Assembly (NCBI RefSeq): GCF_963921235.1 | Contig: NC_086106.1 | Span: 107,694,001-107,758,000, forward strand | Source of the DNA: Mobula hypostoma | Lineage: Eukaryota | DNA: 64,000 nucleotides | Direction of reading: 5' to 3' | Shown here: piece after piece, positions 1-12,090 of the stretch | Layout: each line of letters opens with the position of its first letter | Position numbering within the stretch: the stretch's first letter is position 1 | The notes under the pieces: generated by a model | The model's database searches: none | What the model was told of the DNA's origin: nothing | The model's input: the letters and a program-made list of their open reading frames with translations, nothing else | Program-made: the position numbers and the translations under genes

Positions 1-66
1 AGGCCTACAAACCATGACAAGGTTGTGGCCCTCTTGGAGGAGTCTTCTAGATGTTCAGTCTGGAAA

Positions 67-392
67 CATGCTCTTCAGTTCAACCAGTCAAGACCAACTA
101 TTAACCACCCACTTACACTCATACTAATCCCAATTTTTATTCTTACCACATTCTCTCAACCTCTCCCACCACCTGCCCCCCGCGCCAGTTTTAACCACTT
201 AGCTAAATGCTAGGGGCAATTGACAGTGGCTAATTAAACTATCAACAATGTGGTAGAAAATTATAGCATGGAGGGACTCTACATAGTCAAAAAGAAAATT
301 TGTAAACTCCACAGAGACAGCACCCCAGGCCGGATTGAACCTGGGTGTCTAGTATTGTGAAGCAGCAACTCCGAGCTTTACCGCTGTGCTGG
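67..392 (-). mobile_element. HE1/V-SINE-like tRNA-derived SINE, degenerate
   Basis: Reverse-strand V-domain-like text (aaactccacagagacagcaccccagg...ggattgaacctggg). Similar copies occur at 4395-4597, 37800-38035, 46390-46690 and 48500-48650. Confidence 0.6.
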
Positions 393-689
393 CCTATTCT
401 TCATTGTATATAAAAAAAAATGGAGAGAAATAATTTAGGATGACATTTGTCTTACAATTATTTTGATGAAAATTTAGCCTTATTTGTCACAGGTACATGG
501 AAACATACAGTGAAATACGTTGTTTGTGTCAAATCAAATCAGGGAGGATCGTGCTGGGCAGCCGACAAGTGTTGCCGTGTCATTTTTGTTCTCATATCAT
601 AAATTGGAGCGTGGTTTCAATATTTAGGATTGCGATAAGTCCAAGAAGCTGGCTGCATAATTCTGGGTGTTGAATGGCCTGATATTTCA

Positions 690-1050
690 CTCGTTCGTTA
701 TGTGCCGTGTTGTACGATGTGGGCGATCGTGGTCTGGACAATGATTGTTCCTGGCAAAGTTTTCTACAGAAGTGGTTTGCCATTGCCTTCTTCTGGACAG
801 TGACTTTACAAGCTGGGGCCCCCAGCTATTATCAATACTCTTAAGAGATTTTCTGCCTGGAGTCAGAACCAGGACTTGTTATATGCACCAACTGCTCATA
901 CGACCATCCACCACCTGCTCCCATGGCTTCTCGTGACCTTAACTGAGGAGCTAAGCAGATGCTTCACCTTGACCGAGGGTGACCTGCAAGCTAGTGAAGG
1001 GAAGGAGCGCTTTACACCTTCTTTGGCACGGACGTATCTCCATCCGGCCA
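690..1050 (-). mobile_element. RTE-related SINE / non-autonomous element
   Basis: Contains cagaagtggtttgccattgccttcttct, the reverse complement of a 3' motif typical of RTE/BovB-partner SINEs. Confidence 0.5.
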
Positions 1051-1499
1051 CCCAGATATTTACTAACTACAGCAAAAAGTTCAGATCAAAGCTCTGGTGT
1101 TCTGCCACATCCAACTGTGAGTAGAATGAGGAAGCTCCATGAACATTTCTGCCCATGTCCAGGCTTGTTACAAAACAAAAGGCAGTAAGATTTCCAACTG
1201 TCTTCATTCAGAGTCAACACTCCATCCCAGCCGTCTCCAGAGTTCACCAGCCTGAAGGAAAGCAGTCTTCCAACTGACTTGATTCACCCAAGAGACCTAG
1301 AATTGACTGAACGTAGTGCTTCTAGAAATGTTTGCATTGAAACTTTGTTACTGTGCTGCCGCAAAACAACAAATTTCACGGCGTATGCCAGGGATAATAA
1401 ACCTTATTTTGATTCTGAAAGCTTGATCCAGGGCAAGCCACATTATGAATCACACTGTTTTACTGCTGCTATAATATTGGCAGAAACTCCTCAACATGG

Positions 1500-2145
1500 A
1501 AAATTCAGTTTAGCAAAATTCCAACAAATCCAAAATAATACTTTGCTGTCCCAGCACTCTCAATTGTCAGCAGGGTGATGGAATGTGCCACTGACAGTGG
1601 TGTCAAAGTGTTCTCACTCACTAGTAGCCTGCTCACCATTGCTCAGTTTGTGCTTTCTCAGTACAACTGATTTCCAGTGCTCAGTTCAGTCTTAATCCAA
1701 ACATGATCAGGCACTAAATTCTAGAATTGGAATGAGAGTGAGTAGCTTTGAGAACAAGGTGGCATTTGACCAGATCTTTAAAGAAACTGTAGCAAAATTG
1801 AATTGAGTGAGAAGCCAGGGGAAGTTCCCATTGGTTCATTTACCAACATGAAGAATGATCACAACGAGAGATGGAATTAACATCTCAGCTAGAAGAAGGA
1901 GAATGCGGGAGTCCGCGGCAGTTCCGAAGACTGAATGTTCAACTGTTTCAACGATGACTTTCTCTCTGCCACTGAAAATGACATGGTTTTGTAATAACTG
2001 CACAGTGTTTTCTTTAATCTACAATTCATTAGGCAACTAAACAATTCCTGCATGCATGCAACATTTAGTTTTAGGATTATAAATGGCACGTTACATTAAT
2101 GCTACTCAAATACTGACAATAACCAGCTCCAGCATCCAGCTTCCC
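1500..2145 (+). mobile_element. Ancient degenerate LINE reverse transcriptase fragment (CR1/L2 group)
   Basis: Broken translation QALNSRIGMRVSSFENKVAFDQI...NAGVRGS...MFNCFNDD...NCTVFS follows the RT motif order ALDIKAAFDRV / AGVPQGS / FSCFINDL / FADDCT. Confidence 0.65.
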
Positions 2146-2154
2146 TCCATTTCA

Positions 2155-2472
2155 TCAACATCAAAGGCATCCGTTAGTCTTGCGAGACCATGGATCTGCG
2201 CCTGGAAAGTCTTCACTCTCCAGGGCGCAGGCCTTGGCAAGGTTGTATGGAAGACTGGCAGTTGCCCATGCTGCAAGTCTCCCCTCTCCACGCCACCGAT
2301 GTTGTCCAAGGGAAGGGCATTAGGACCCATACAGCTTGGCACCGGTGTTGTCGCAGAGCAATGTGTGATTAAGTGCCTTGCTCAAGGACACAACACGTTG
2401 CCTCGGCTGGGGCTCAAACTCATGACCTTCAGGTCGCTAGTCCAATGCCTTAACCACTTGGCCACGTACCCA
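2155..2472 (-). mobile_element. tRNA-derived SINE with Meta-like central domain and RTE-like tail
   Basis: Minus strand has A box TGGCCAAGTGG, B box GAGTTTGAGCC and gtgtccttgagcaaggcactt. There is a 10-bp TSD CTCCATTTCA (2145-2154 / 2473-2482) and a second copy at 38932-39242. Confidence 0.8.
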
Positions 2473-2699
2473 CTCCATTTCAACAGTATTATCATTGTTA
2501 AATCATCTTTGATTAAAGTCCGGAGGAGCAGTGTTGATCTAAAGCATAATTAGAGCAGTCACATAACAGAGCAACTGCAAGGGCAGAACCAAAGCTCCTG
2601 CAGCAAGAGGCTCAGTTGACCCCTCCCCCGCAAAAAAAATCTATAGATGCAAATACAGAATTTAATGCAATACTCTTCATTTTCTCAACAGCATCTCAA

Positions 2700-3215
2700 T
2701 GTAACACCCTGGGAAAGGTTTCACTTTCTGTAGAAGCAATGTTTAGGTTACAGTTAGAGATAACGGATGCTTTGGAATCGAGCTGGGTCCTTTGCTCAGC
2801 AGGAGAGGAAGAGAGGAGACGCTGGAGAGAACCAGTCATAGGATTCAACCTGGTGGGGGACCGTGATTCGATTGAATAAGGTGCCGGGGTCTGCCGAGGA
2901 TCAGTGAATATGTATGACTTTTAGAAGAGCTGAGCTCCAACTCGTGCACATTTGACTGTTTAATTATAATGGGCCCTTTGTGATCTCTTTTTCTTTTTTT
3001 TACTAACCCTTTGGTTAAGTTAAGATTCATAAATATAATTCCTTTAATCGTTTGTAGTGTACTGTCTGTTATTTCTTGGCACTGAGTTGTAACAGGGTAG
3101 CAAATTACACAGCGTCCACACAAACCGGGGTTTCGGGTGGGAGAGTCATCTCAATCTCTTGGGTTTGGCGGAACCAGAGTGGGTACTCCCTCAACTTACG
3201 CAGCCACGGAAACTG
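2700..3215 (+). mobile_element. Solo/truncated Gypsy LTR related to the LTRs at 49262 and 56346
   Basis: Starts TGTAACACCCTGGGAAAGGTTTCAC and shares blocks with the 49262 LTR (gagctccaact..tgcacatt, tactaaccctt, cacagc.tccacacaaac). The 3' end is not clearly resolved. Confidence 0.75.
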
Positions 3216-3334
3216 GTGGGGGAGGTCGGGGGAGTCCACCTGAAAATTCAAATCTAAGATGAGAATTTTAATATACAAGTTTGAATGACAAGCCCTCCAT
3301 AACACTCAGTGCTACAAATGAGTTCCGAATATTT

Positions 3335-3975
3335 GAAGGCGATAGCTTAACAACATACTGTCATGACAACAACCTTTCCCTCAATGCAAACAAAATGTTG
3401 ACTTCAGAAAGGGGGGCGGTGCACCTGCTTATGCCTACATCAAAGGTGTCGAGGTTGAGAGGGTTGAAAGCTTGAAGTTCTTAGGTGTGAACATCACCAA
3501 TCGCCTGTCCTGGACCATTAACTTTGATGTCACGGCCAAGAAAGCCCACCAACGCCTCTAATTCCTCAGGGGGTTAAAGAAATTCAGCATGTCTCCATTG
3601 ACTCTTATCATTTTGTATCAATGCACTGTAGAAAGCGTTCTGTCTGGATGCATAAGGGCTTGGTATGGCAGCTGCTCTGCACGTGACCACAAGACACTGC
3701 AAAGAGCTGTGGGCACAGTTCAACATATCACAGAAACCAGCCATGGACTACGTTTGTGCTTCTTGCTGCCTCGGTAAACAGCTGGCATAGCCAAAGATTT
3801 CACCTACTTCGGACATTCTCTCTTCTCCCCTGTCCTGTTGGCAGAAGATATAAAAGCCTGAAAGCGCACACACTAGTTTCAAAGAAGTTTCAGTCTCACT
3901 CTTATTAGACTTTTGAGTGGACATCTTGTATGATAAGATAGATTCCTGGCCTCACAATCTACCTGGTTATTTATT
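3335..3975 (+). mobile_element. Rex1/Babar LINE 3' fragment
   Basis: Motifs CHDNNLSLN, KFLGVNIT, KKAHQRL and YQCTVESVLSGCIRAWYGSC. Confidence 0.8.
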
Positions 3976-4019
3976 TTTTTTGTAATACAGGTGTCAAAGT
4001 AGTTGTTGTGATGCATCTA

Positions 4020-4380
4020 GTGTGGTACTGTAGTGGGTAGTGCTTGTTGCTCTCACGTTCAGCTCCTGCCGTTGGCAGTCTTGCGAAAAAGAGAGCTGAA
4101 TGTGTAAGCCCCTCCCTGCCAGTACATAGCCCCTCCAACAGCAAGCTTCATGTAGTGCGACACACGGAAACCGAGCTCCTTTTGGACTCAGGCTGAACTA
4201 CAGAGGATGGGGAGGAGGTCTGGCCCCTGTATAGGTAGTACGGTGTGTGGACAAGCCCTGGTGCTCGTGAACCAGATCTCCAGCTATGAGTAAATAGCCC
4301 CAATGCCTTGTGGGCAGCCACAGGAGAGACGAAGGCTACGGGAGTAAACTCCGATTGCAAATCCGGAGTGCAGCCCCTAA
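4020..4380 (+). mobile_element. Probable RTE-clade 5' UTR fragment
   Basis: gaaccagatctccagctatgagtaaatagcccc...gggcagcc...gaaggctacgggagtaaac resembles RTE 5' UTRs. No ORF follows. Confidence 0.4.
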
Positions 4381-4394
4381 ATCACCGGATTTAA

Positions 4395-4597
4395 CCCTAG
4401 TCTAATCACGGGGCGATTTACAATGACCAATTAACCTAAGGTATGTCTTTGGACTGTGGGAGGAAACAGGAGCACCCGGAGGAAACTCATGTGATCACGG
4501 GGAGAATGTACCAACTCTTTACTGACAGTGGCTGGAATTGAACCCTGATTGCCTGTACTGTAAACCGTTGTGATAACCACTATGCTAGCGTGCTGCT
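4395..4597 (-). mobile_element. HE1/V-SINE
   Basis: ggagcacccggaggaaactcatgtgatcacggggagaatgta is the reverse V-domain; gaattgaaccc is the reverse B box. Confidence 0.75.
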
Positions 4598-4635
4598 GCA
4601 CTTTCTCATTTCTCTTCACTGAAATTTTTCGGTAG

Positions 4636-5030
4636 TTTTTACACTTTATTCTGCATTTGTTTTTTTTAAATTTACAGCACATCCACAAAAACCACGACCT
4701 TAACCAAATCAAATTAAATATTGAGCAGCAAAAGGGAGAAAAATATAAAGGCAAAAGTAAACGTACACAGCAGAGGTGCACCGCACCAAAAAACCTCAGT
4801 CCTCACCCTGTGAGAAAGTCCAATACAGGGCCCCATATCCTTTCAAAGATGTCCCCTCTGTCCTCATTACATAGTCTCAGTCTCTTCAAATGTAAAGTAT
4901 TTGCCAGTTCTCTCAGCCACAGATCGTACGTAGGCACAGAGTCCATTTTCCACATTTGCAGGATTAACTTCTTAGCAATCACCATTCCAAAGAATACAGC
5001 CATTTTTTCCATACATATTTATTCTGCATT
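4636..5030 (-). mobile_element. L1-clade LINE 3' end (ORF2 C-terminus, 3' UTR, A-rich tail)
   Basis: ORF 4803-5012 IAKKLILQMWK...WLRELANTLHLKRLR...FERIWGP matches the fish L1 ORF2 C-terminal pattern. T-run at 4636-4647. Confidence 0.7.
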
Positions 5031-5214
5031 TGTTAATTGTTTTACCACACTGTGTAATGATTTCAACTCTATTAACAGCGTGCAAGGCAAGCTTTCAGTC
5101 ATATCTTGGTACATGTGACAATAATAAACCAATACAAATGTAGTTCATATTATTAACAAAATGAACTGTGGTAATCTCTTCCAGACTCCTCTGATTGCAT
5201 TTCTCAAACACACA

Positions 5215-6062
5215 GTAGAGTCAAAGAGGACCACAGCATAGAAACAGGTCCTACAGCCCACCTAGTCCATGCTGAACTATTATTCTGCCTAGTCCCATCA
5301 ATCTGCACCTAGACCTTAGCTCTCCATACCCCTCCAATCAATGTATTTATCCAAATTTCTCTTACATATTGAAATCAAACCTGCAACCAACATTTCCACT
5401 GGCTGTCACTCTACACCTTTACCACACTCTGAGTGAAAATGTTCCCCCTCATGTTCCCCTTAAACATTTCTCCTTTTATCCTTAACCCATAGCCCAATGT
5501 CTTTCCATTGAGGACATTTACAGCAGCAGGTGCTTAAAGAAGGCCTGGTAGGTCATCAGGGACACCAGTCACCCCGACCATAAACTGTATCAGCTGCTTC
5601 CATCTGGCAAATGGTACCGCAGCATTAAAGCCAGGACCAACAGGCTATGGGACCGCTTCTTTCTACAAGCCATTAGACTTGTAAATTTACGTTTGTACAT
5701 TGCAACGGAGTCACGACACGAAGATTTTTACTTCCTCACATTGTGGGACGGATGTAAGATTTAAGAAAATGCAAACATTCTAGTTCTTACCTCGCCCAAC
5801 CTCAGTGGAAAAATCCTGCTTGCATTCACCCTTTCCATACCACTCACAATTTTGTATAGCTCTATCAAGTCTCCTCTCATTCTCCCACGCTCCAGTCCGA
5901 ACCTTTTCAAGCTTTCCCTGTAACTCAGGTCCTCAAAATTTGGCAACATCCCCGTAAATTTTCTCTGTACTCTTTCAATCTTATCGATATCTTTTCTGTA
6001 GGTGGATGATCAGAATAGCACACAATACTCTGAATTAAACCTCACCAACGTCTTATACAACT
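5215..6062 (-). mobile_element. CR1 LINE 3' fragment interrupted by a Rex1 piece
   Basis: ORF 5761-5949 LSYRESLKR..MRGDLIELYKI, plus a CR1 3' UTR at 5215-5490. Confidence 0.8.
5492..5765 (+). mobile_element. Rex1/Babar 3' fragment nested in CR1
   Basis: Motifs DTSHPDHKLYQLLPSGKWYRSIKARTNRLWDRF. The CR1 resumes on both sides. Confidence 0.7.
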
Positions 6063-6351
6063 GGAAGGAGGAAGGAAGTGGGCTCATATGAAAGCAATCA
6101 CTTGCAAGTTTCCTTCTGGGTCGTTACTAGTCCTTCATCACAACTAGGTCTAAATCCTGGAGCTCCTTGTCACAGTGGCCACAGCAGCTCAGGGAAGTTA
6201 TTGCACCACACGTCTCAATGACAATAAATGTGAAACTCAAATTTGATAAAAAAAGACAACGCATGAGTAGATGTTAATTTATAAAGACAATATTATCAAT
6301 GAAATGAGTGTTGTTAACAAAATCAGCCTTAACATCAGCAAAACTGAATAA

Positions 6352-6885
6352 CTTATACGTTATACTTTATTGTCGCCAAACAATTGGTACTAGAATGTAC
6401 AATCATCACAGCGATATTTGAATCTGTGCTTCACACTCCCTGGATTACAAATATTAAATATTAAAGATATTAAAAATAGTTAAAATTAGTAAATATTAAA
6501 AATTTAAATTATAAATCATAAATAGGAAATGGAAAAATGGGAAGTAAGGTAGTGCAAAAAAACTGAGAGGCAGGTCCGGATATTTGGAGGGTACGGCCCA
6601 GATCCGGGTCAGGATCCATTCAGCAGTCTTATCACAGTTGGAAAGAAGCTGTTCCCAAATCTGGCCGTACGAGTCTTCAAGCTCCTGAACTTTCTCCCGG
6701 AGGGAAGAGGGACGAAAAGTCTGTTGGCTGGGGGGGTCGTGTCCTTGATTATCCTGGCAGCACTGCTCTGACAGCGTGCGGTGTAAAGTGACAGAAGATT
6801 GGTTTGTGTGATGTGCTGCGCCGTGTTCACGATCTTCTGCAGCTTCTTTCGGTCTTGGACAGGACAACTTCCATACCAGGTTGTG
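6352..6885 (-). mobile_element. Rex1/Babar LINE 3' fragment (young subfamily)
   Basis: ORF 6609-6929 TTWYGSC..DRKKLQKIV..LPSGRK..RFGNSFFP. Near-identical to 34987-35528. Confidence 0.85.
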
Positions 6886-7148
6886 AACACCTCACTAAAG
6901 AATTTATCATGGCACAGTGGAATAGCCAAGTTAATGGCTGCCTCTTTAAATTACTGATCTACAGTGGGTTCAATCCTAACTTCTGGTGCCGTCTATGTGG
7001 AGTACATACTTTCTCCCTGTACATGTTTGGGTACCTAGCTTCTTCTCAAATTCCAAAGCTTTGTGCATTGGTGGGCTAACTGACCACCAATTGCCCCTAG
7101 ACTGTACTTGAGAGTAGATTTAACAGATGGGAAAATGGAGAGAATGGG

Positions 7149-7590
7149 TGTCACAATGTGCAAAGAGACAGACTCCAATGTAGAGACGGCAACCAAAGTT
7201 TATTCATAAGAATTCCAACAGAACATCAGTGGCCCAGCTGAGTGACATGGTGAGACGTAACATTTTCAAAACTAGAACCCCACAGTTAGTACTAATCAGG
7301 CACCCACTTCAGTAATACAAGAAGCATGGAATCCCCAAGCCTATCAAAATAAACCTAGCAAGTTTAAACAGAAAGCACCAGGAGACTGCATTGCAAAGAG
7401 GGTGTCGCTGGAAAAAAAACACAAAGAAATCTAAATGATTAACGATTCTCTCTTAACAACAATTAATCAAAAATCCTGGAGTGCAACGCTTTCTGGCTCC
7501 TTACCCTGGCCTGAAGAACTCATTATAACTGGTTGCAAGAACAATTAGTGGGGGATTGGGTTTGTTCTATGTGCCAACAGAGACCTCAAG
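7149..7590 (-). mobile_element. Possible degenerate Gypsy LTR
   Basis: Begins TGTCAC and resembles the reverse complement of the LTR at 43139-43463 (reverse AATAAA near 7200). The other end is unclear. Confidence 0.3.
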
Positions 7591-7592
7591 GT

Positions 7593-7800
7593 TCAAGTTA
7601 ATTTATCTTGCGTATATTGAACCATGTAGTGAAGTGTGTCGTCCGTGTTAACAAGCAATATGCCCAAGGATGTGCTGGGGGCAGCCCGCAGTATCACCAC
7701 ATATTCCGGCACCAACATAACATGACCAAAGTGCTCAGCAGAACAACACAGGGCACAACAAGCAACGGACAGCAGTGAAAACAAGCCTTGTTCCCCTCCC
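7593..7800 (-). repeat. Unclassified interspersed repeat (also at ~480-585 minus and ~18860-19060 plus)
   Basis: Shared block tgtgctgggggcagccc.caagt...cacattccggcaccaacat occurs three times in the window. Confidence 0.6.
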
Positions 7801-8559
7801 CAGCCTCACACACACAGTCTTTTAACACCAGCACAAGTCTCCAGTCTTCAGCTGGCATGGACTCAGGCCTGCTGACACCAGGGTTTGACTTTGCCAGAGG
7901 ACGTGCAGAGATTCACAGATTGTGTTCTGACCAGTGGGGCTCAACTTCTGGACTTCTGATTCGACCTTCGGGCCTCGATCCATCCTCGGCATCCATAACA
8001 GCACACATAAGCCACTGAACACTAGACCTCGCCCTCCAGACTCCTGATTTTGCATGTCATTAGGAAACACGGAAAGCAGGGAATTTACGAGTCTACGCAT
8101 TTAATGCTCTTGAGGTTCCTGAAAAGAGCCTCTTTCTCACCTCTGTCATCTGTGCTCTCTATTGCCCAAAACCTGCCTTCTTCAGCCCCAGAAAGCGAAT
8201 CTTGCTGGATCTGACTAATGTACTCGGTAGGACTGATGGATTAGCAGTGCCTTGGACACAGTTTCATCAGTAGTAGAAATCCTGCTGATGAAACTCTGTA
8301 AAGTCCTGGCCCGTCTGTGCCATCTATCAAATCTGTCAAATATTTTCAATACTCCTGAATGTCTTTTAGCAATAGTTAAACACTACTAAAACAGAAGTAA
8401 ACAAATAAACAAGAACTAGTTAAGACAACTAAAACACAATTTAATAGTTGAAATAATTAACTAAATACAAATAATTAAGCACATCCAACTAACCAGTGGA
8501 ATTCAGGTGCACATTCAATGGTGAAGGACAGCTGGCAAGTATTGACATCCTCAGAGTCA

Positions 8560-9200
8560 GAGATTCCAACTTACTAGGACTTGTGGGGAGAAATCATAGT
8601 GCCTTCAGATAGAGTTATGAATGGGACTAGGATGTTTACAATCAAATGCTGAATACCCAAGACAGGTTCCTGGGGAAGCATAAAAATCCTGAATTTCTTT
8701 CTGCAGCTTATACAGATGTGGCTGCTTGCCTGAAATAATATACCAGATAGGAGCCTGCTAGGATCTCCAGGGACCACAATTCCGTCATTGTAATGCCAGC
8801 TACTGCCTAGGCAAGGGGGAAATGAAGCACACTTGCACAGGATATCTAAAACTACAGATGTAACTACTGCACTTGAAAGATTCAGTGGAGTTTATCATGA
8901 ACTTCATGCCAAAGTATAAACCCATAATAACACATCCCCAAAATGTTGTGCCTTTGGGTCTGAAGTGAGAAGTCAAACTGGCTTTCACCCATCCACTTTT
9001 GCTTTTGCGCAGGGATCAACCAAACAATCCCCTCCTAAAGCTGTGGGTTGCTCACGGGAATGTTGTAATGGGGGAGTGAGCTTTAGATTTATTTTTTCCT
9101 CTCTGAAAGGTGATTGGTCATTTTTCCTGGATGTAGAGAGTATCCTTCAACAAAAGGAAGCAATCAGGTGAATGTTTTTCTGGCACAGCCTGTGGGCTAG
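8560..9200 (+). mobile_element. Very degenerate Gypsy integrase relic
   Basis: Broken motifs TGYLK..DSVEFIMN (cf. GLLQP..ISMDFIT), SQTGFHPS (cf. SSGFHPQ) and GDWSFFL, in integrase order. Confidence 0.35.
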
Positions 9201-9797
9201 GTGGAAAAATGATAGTTTTGCACCAGTCCCCACAACACCTCTCAGTTCCTATTAGTGCCATCGTGACACCCTCCAGAAACATCATCCTGCAAACGCTGAT
9301 CAATAACCAGGATTCTGTTGTTTTCTAACTCCTCTCCCTACCCCCACCACAGTCACACTACTAACTTTCCTAACAAATCAAATACCCAGCCCTTCTTCCA
9401 ATCACTACCTGATCCTGAGCTGCAGCCTCTTCTGTCGCCAGTCAATCTGAAAACAAGTCCATTAGCGAGGCCATATGCTCAGAGGGGATTTTATTACAAA
9501 AATGTAAATCCTGCACCTCAAGCTCTCGGGCTGGATTTCTAACCTTCCTTGGAAATCCCATTCCAGAGAATGCTAAGGCCAGTTGTTCTTATTATAGCCT
9601 AGACAGTGCCAAGGGCAAAATCATTATAGATTTCTTATGGCCCTTTAGTAGATAAGCAAGTTATACTTGCCTGTCTGAGTTTGCAATCATCTTTAAATAA
9701 CAGTCACAACATCCTTGTTTTTTAATAATTGACCTTGATTCCATTATTTACAAATTTTATTTTCATTGCTCTATTTTCTTGTTTGAAAAGCAACATA

Positions 9798-10718
9798 AAA
9801 ATGGGATCCCACCACCAACCATATCTTCTCCTCCCCCCACTTTCTGCTTTCCACAGGGATCCCTCCCTACACAATTCCCTTGTCCATTCATTCCCCCCCA
9901 CCACCCCCCGGCTCTTATCTTTGCAAGAGGAACAAATGCTACACCTGTCCCTACACCTCCTCCCTCACTACCATTCAAGGCCCCAAACAGTCCTTCCAGG
10001 TGAGGTGACATTTCGCTTATGAGTCTGTTGGGGTTATCTACTGTATCTGATGCTCCCAGCAAGGCCTCCTGTATATCAGTGAGACTCGACACAGATCGGG
10101 AGACTGCTTCGCCGAGCACCTATGTCCCATCTGCCAGAAAAAACGGGATCTCCCGGTGGTCACCCATTTTAATTCCACTTCCCATTCCTATTCCAACATG
10201 TCAGTCCATAGCCTCCATTACTCTCGCGATGAGGCCACACTCAGGTTGGAGGAGCAGCACCTTATATTCTGGGTAGTCTCCAACCTGATGGCATGAGCAT
10301 CGATTCCTCCCCCCCCCCTCCCCGCACATTCACCATTCCTCATTCTCATTTCCCTCTCTCACCTTATCTCCTTACCTGCCCATCACCTCCCTCTGGTGCT
10401 CCTCCCCCTTTTCTTTCTTCCATCGCCTTCTGTCCTCTCCTATCAGATTCCCCCTTTTCCAGCCCTTTATCTCCTTCACCAATTAACTTCCCAGCTCTTT
10501 ACTTCCCCCCGCCCGCTTCCCAGTTTCACCAATCACCTTGTGTTTCTTCCTTCCCTCCCCCTACCTTCTTACTCTGACTCCTCATCCTTTTTTCTCCAGT
10601 CCCGATGAAGGGTCTCGGCCTGAAACGTCGACTGTACTCTTTGCCTGGCCTGCTGAGTTCCTCCAGCAGTGTGTGTGTGTCTTGGATTTCCAGCATCTGC
10701 AGATCTTCTCTTGTTTGT
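9798..10718 (+). mobile_element. Penelope-like element 3' part (GIY-YIG remnant + pseudo-LTR)
   Basis: CKRNKCYTCPYTSSLTTIQGPKQSFQV, VIYC..YIS/GET and EEQHLIF remnants, then a pyrimidine-rich pLTR with the hammerhead motif. Confidence 0.85.
10597..10634 (+). ncRNA. Minimal type-I hammerhead ribozyme motif (U4C core variant) in PLE pLTR
   Basis: CAGTC-CCGATGA-A-GGGT ctcg GCCT-GAAA-CG-TC-GACTG: stem I CAGTC/GACTG, stem II, GAAA and a GUC site ending at 10629. Confidence 0.7.
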
Positions 10719-10968
10719 GACAAAAACCATTTTATAGCAAAGTTGGCTGCTGTATTTTGTACTGGAATTTTGCGTTAAGCCACAAGGTACTTAAGCCCTT
10801 ATTGTTATTACTGAATACACTGTGATAAAATGTGTGTGAGCGCGTATAATTACCAAATACAAGTTGTTTGTGTGACTACCTTTATGTCCAGTAGAGCCTT
10901 GAATACTCTGTTTAATGCACATTAACAGTACCTGCGGATGATATAAAAGGGACAGCACTGTACATTAA

Positions 10969-11207
10969 TGTTATGTTTTGTAATTCCAAAACTTTAAACT
11001 AATTGAAAGCAAAAAGATAGGAACCCAGGAAAACTTGTCTTAGTTTGTTTTTACTTTAAGCGAGGTGTGCACGTATCGTGTGGTGGTGTAATGACGTATG
11101 CCATTTACTTACTTCGTACATATAACCAGAATGAGTCATTTAAACAACAAAGAATGCTTGATCAAACAATATATTTACAATATTACTGACATAGTAAATG
11201 CATAACA
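10969..11207. mobile_element. Solo LTR
   Basis: Terminal inverted 7-mers TGTTATG...CATAACA around a 239-bp segment. The TSD is degenerate. Confidence 0.55.
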
Positions 11208-11649
11208 TTTACTGGCCAGTTAACAACAGTTAATGGTACACTGACTTCATCAGGTATTGCCTACGTGTTTTTCAAGGATTACTAAGGAATGCTGTGACAT
11301 TCTGCACAATTGAATGTTGGAATACAGTTTTTCCCATGTGATTTCCTATACACTGACCTCCTGTTTTTAATTTAGTGAGATTTTTTACCCTGTGGAAGCT
11401 GGGATAACCTTGTCTCCTAATGTTATTTTCTTTACAATGTGTCAGTTGTTTTCAAAGGGTTTGTACATTCCTTACCACATCTCCAAGTTGTAGCTTAATT
11501 TCTTCAGCTAACTGTATCAAACTCAGCAGCAGACATTAGCAAGTGATTGTATCAATATGCTGTTCTGAAATCGTCTTCCTTTTAAAAGTCGGGTTTCAGA
11601 GGCATGAGTATTCAGATATGGTAACTGAGAGGCAGAATAGTTTTGCAAA

Positions 11650-12090
11650 TCAAAGTCAAAAGTAAAAGTACATATACGTCACCAGATACAACCAAGAGGT
11701 TCATTTTCTTGTGGGCGTACACAGGAAATCCCATAACCATAATCGAATCAATGAAAGGCTACACCAACGGGATGGACAACCAGTGGGCAAGGCACAACAA
11801 ATTGTGCAGATACAAAAGGAAGGAAGAAATAATAACTATTGAGAACATGAGAGGAAGAGTTCCTGAAATTGACTCTATAGGTTGTGGGAACATTTCAGTG
11901 ATGGGGAAAGTGAAGCTGAATGAGGTTATCTGCTTTGGTTCAAGAGCATGATAATTGATAGGTAATAACTGTTGCTGATCCTGGTGGTGTGAGTCCTTAG
12001 GCTCCTGCACCTTCTTCCTGATGCCAGCAGTGAGAAGAGGGTTGTGGGGGTCCCTGATGATGGATGCTGCTTTCCTGTGACAGCACACAG
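11650..12090 (-). mobile_element. Rex1/Babar 3' fragment
   Basis: RKAASIIRDPH, LLASGRRCRSLRTHTTRISNSYY and a 3' UTR. Confidence 0.75.

Noticed and set aside
1889-2089. Apparent minus-strand terminal exon (ttttcag|..AERKSSLKQLNIQSSELPRTPAFSFF*)
   Set aside because: The plus strand of the same DNA is a decayed LINE RT (AGV..GS, FNCFNDD), so the ORF is probably an antisense coincidence.
2395-2472. tRNA-like sequences with A and B boxes (also ~39165-39242 and ~45724-45780)
   Set aside because: They are SINE heads joined to SINE bodies, with no complete cloverleaf.
2083-2553. 156-aa ORF with a paralogue at 38894-39268
   Set aside because: Both are read-throughs of the same SINE family in antisense.
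11475-11510. 36-nt micro-exon candidate LAEEIKLQLGDV with a gtaagg donor (minus)
   Set aside because: The acceptor is weak, there is no recognisable homology and there are no neighbouring exons.
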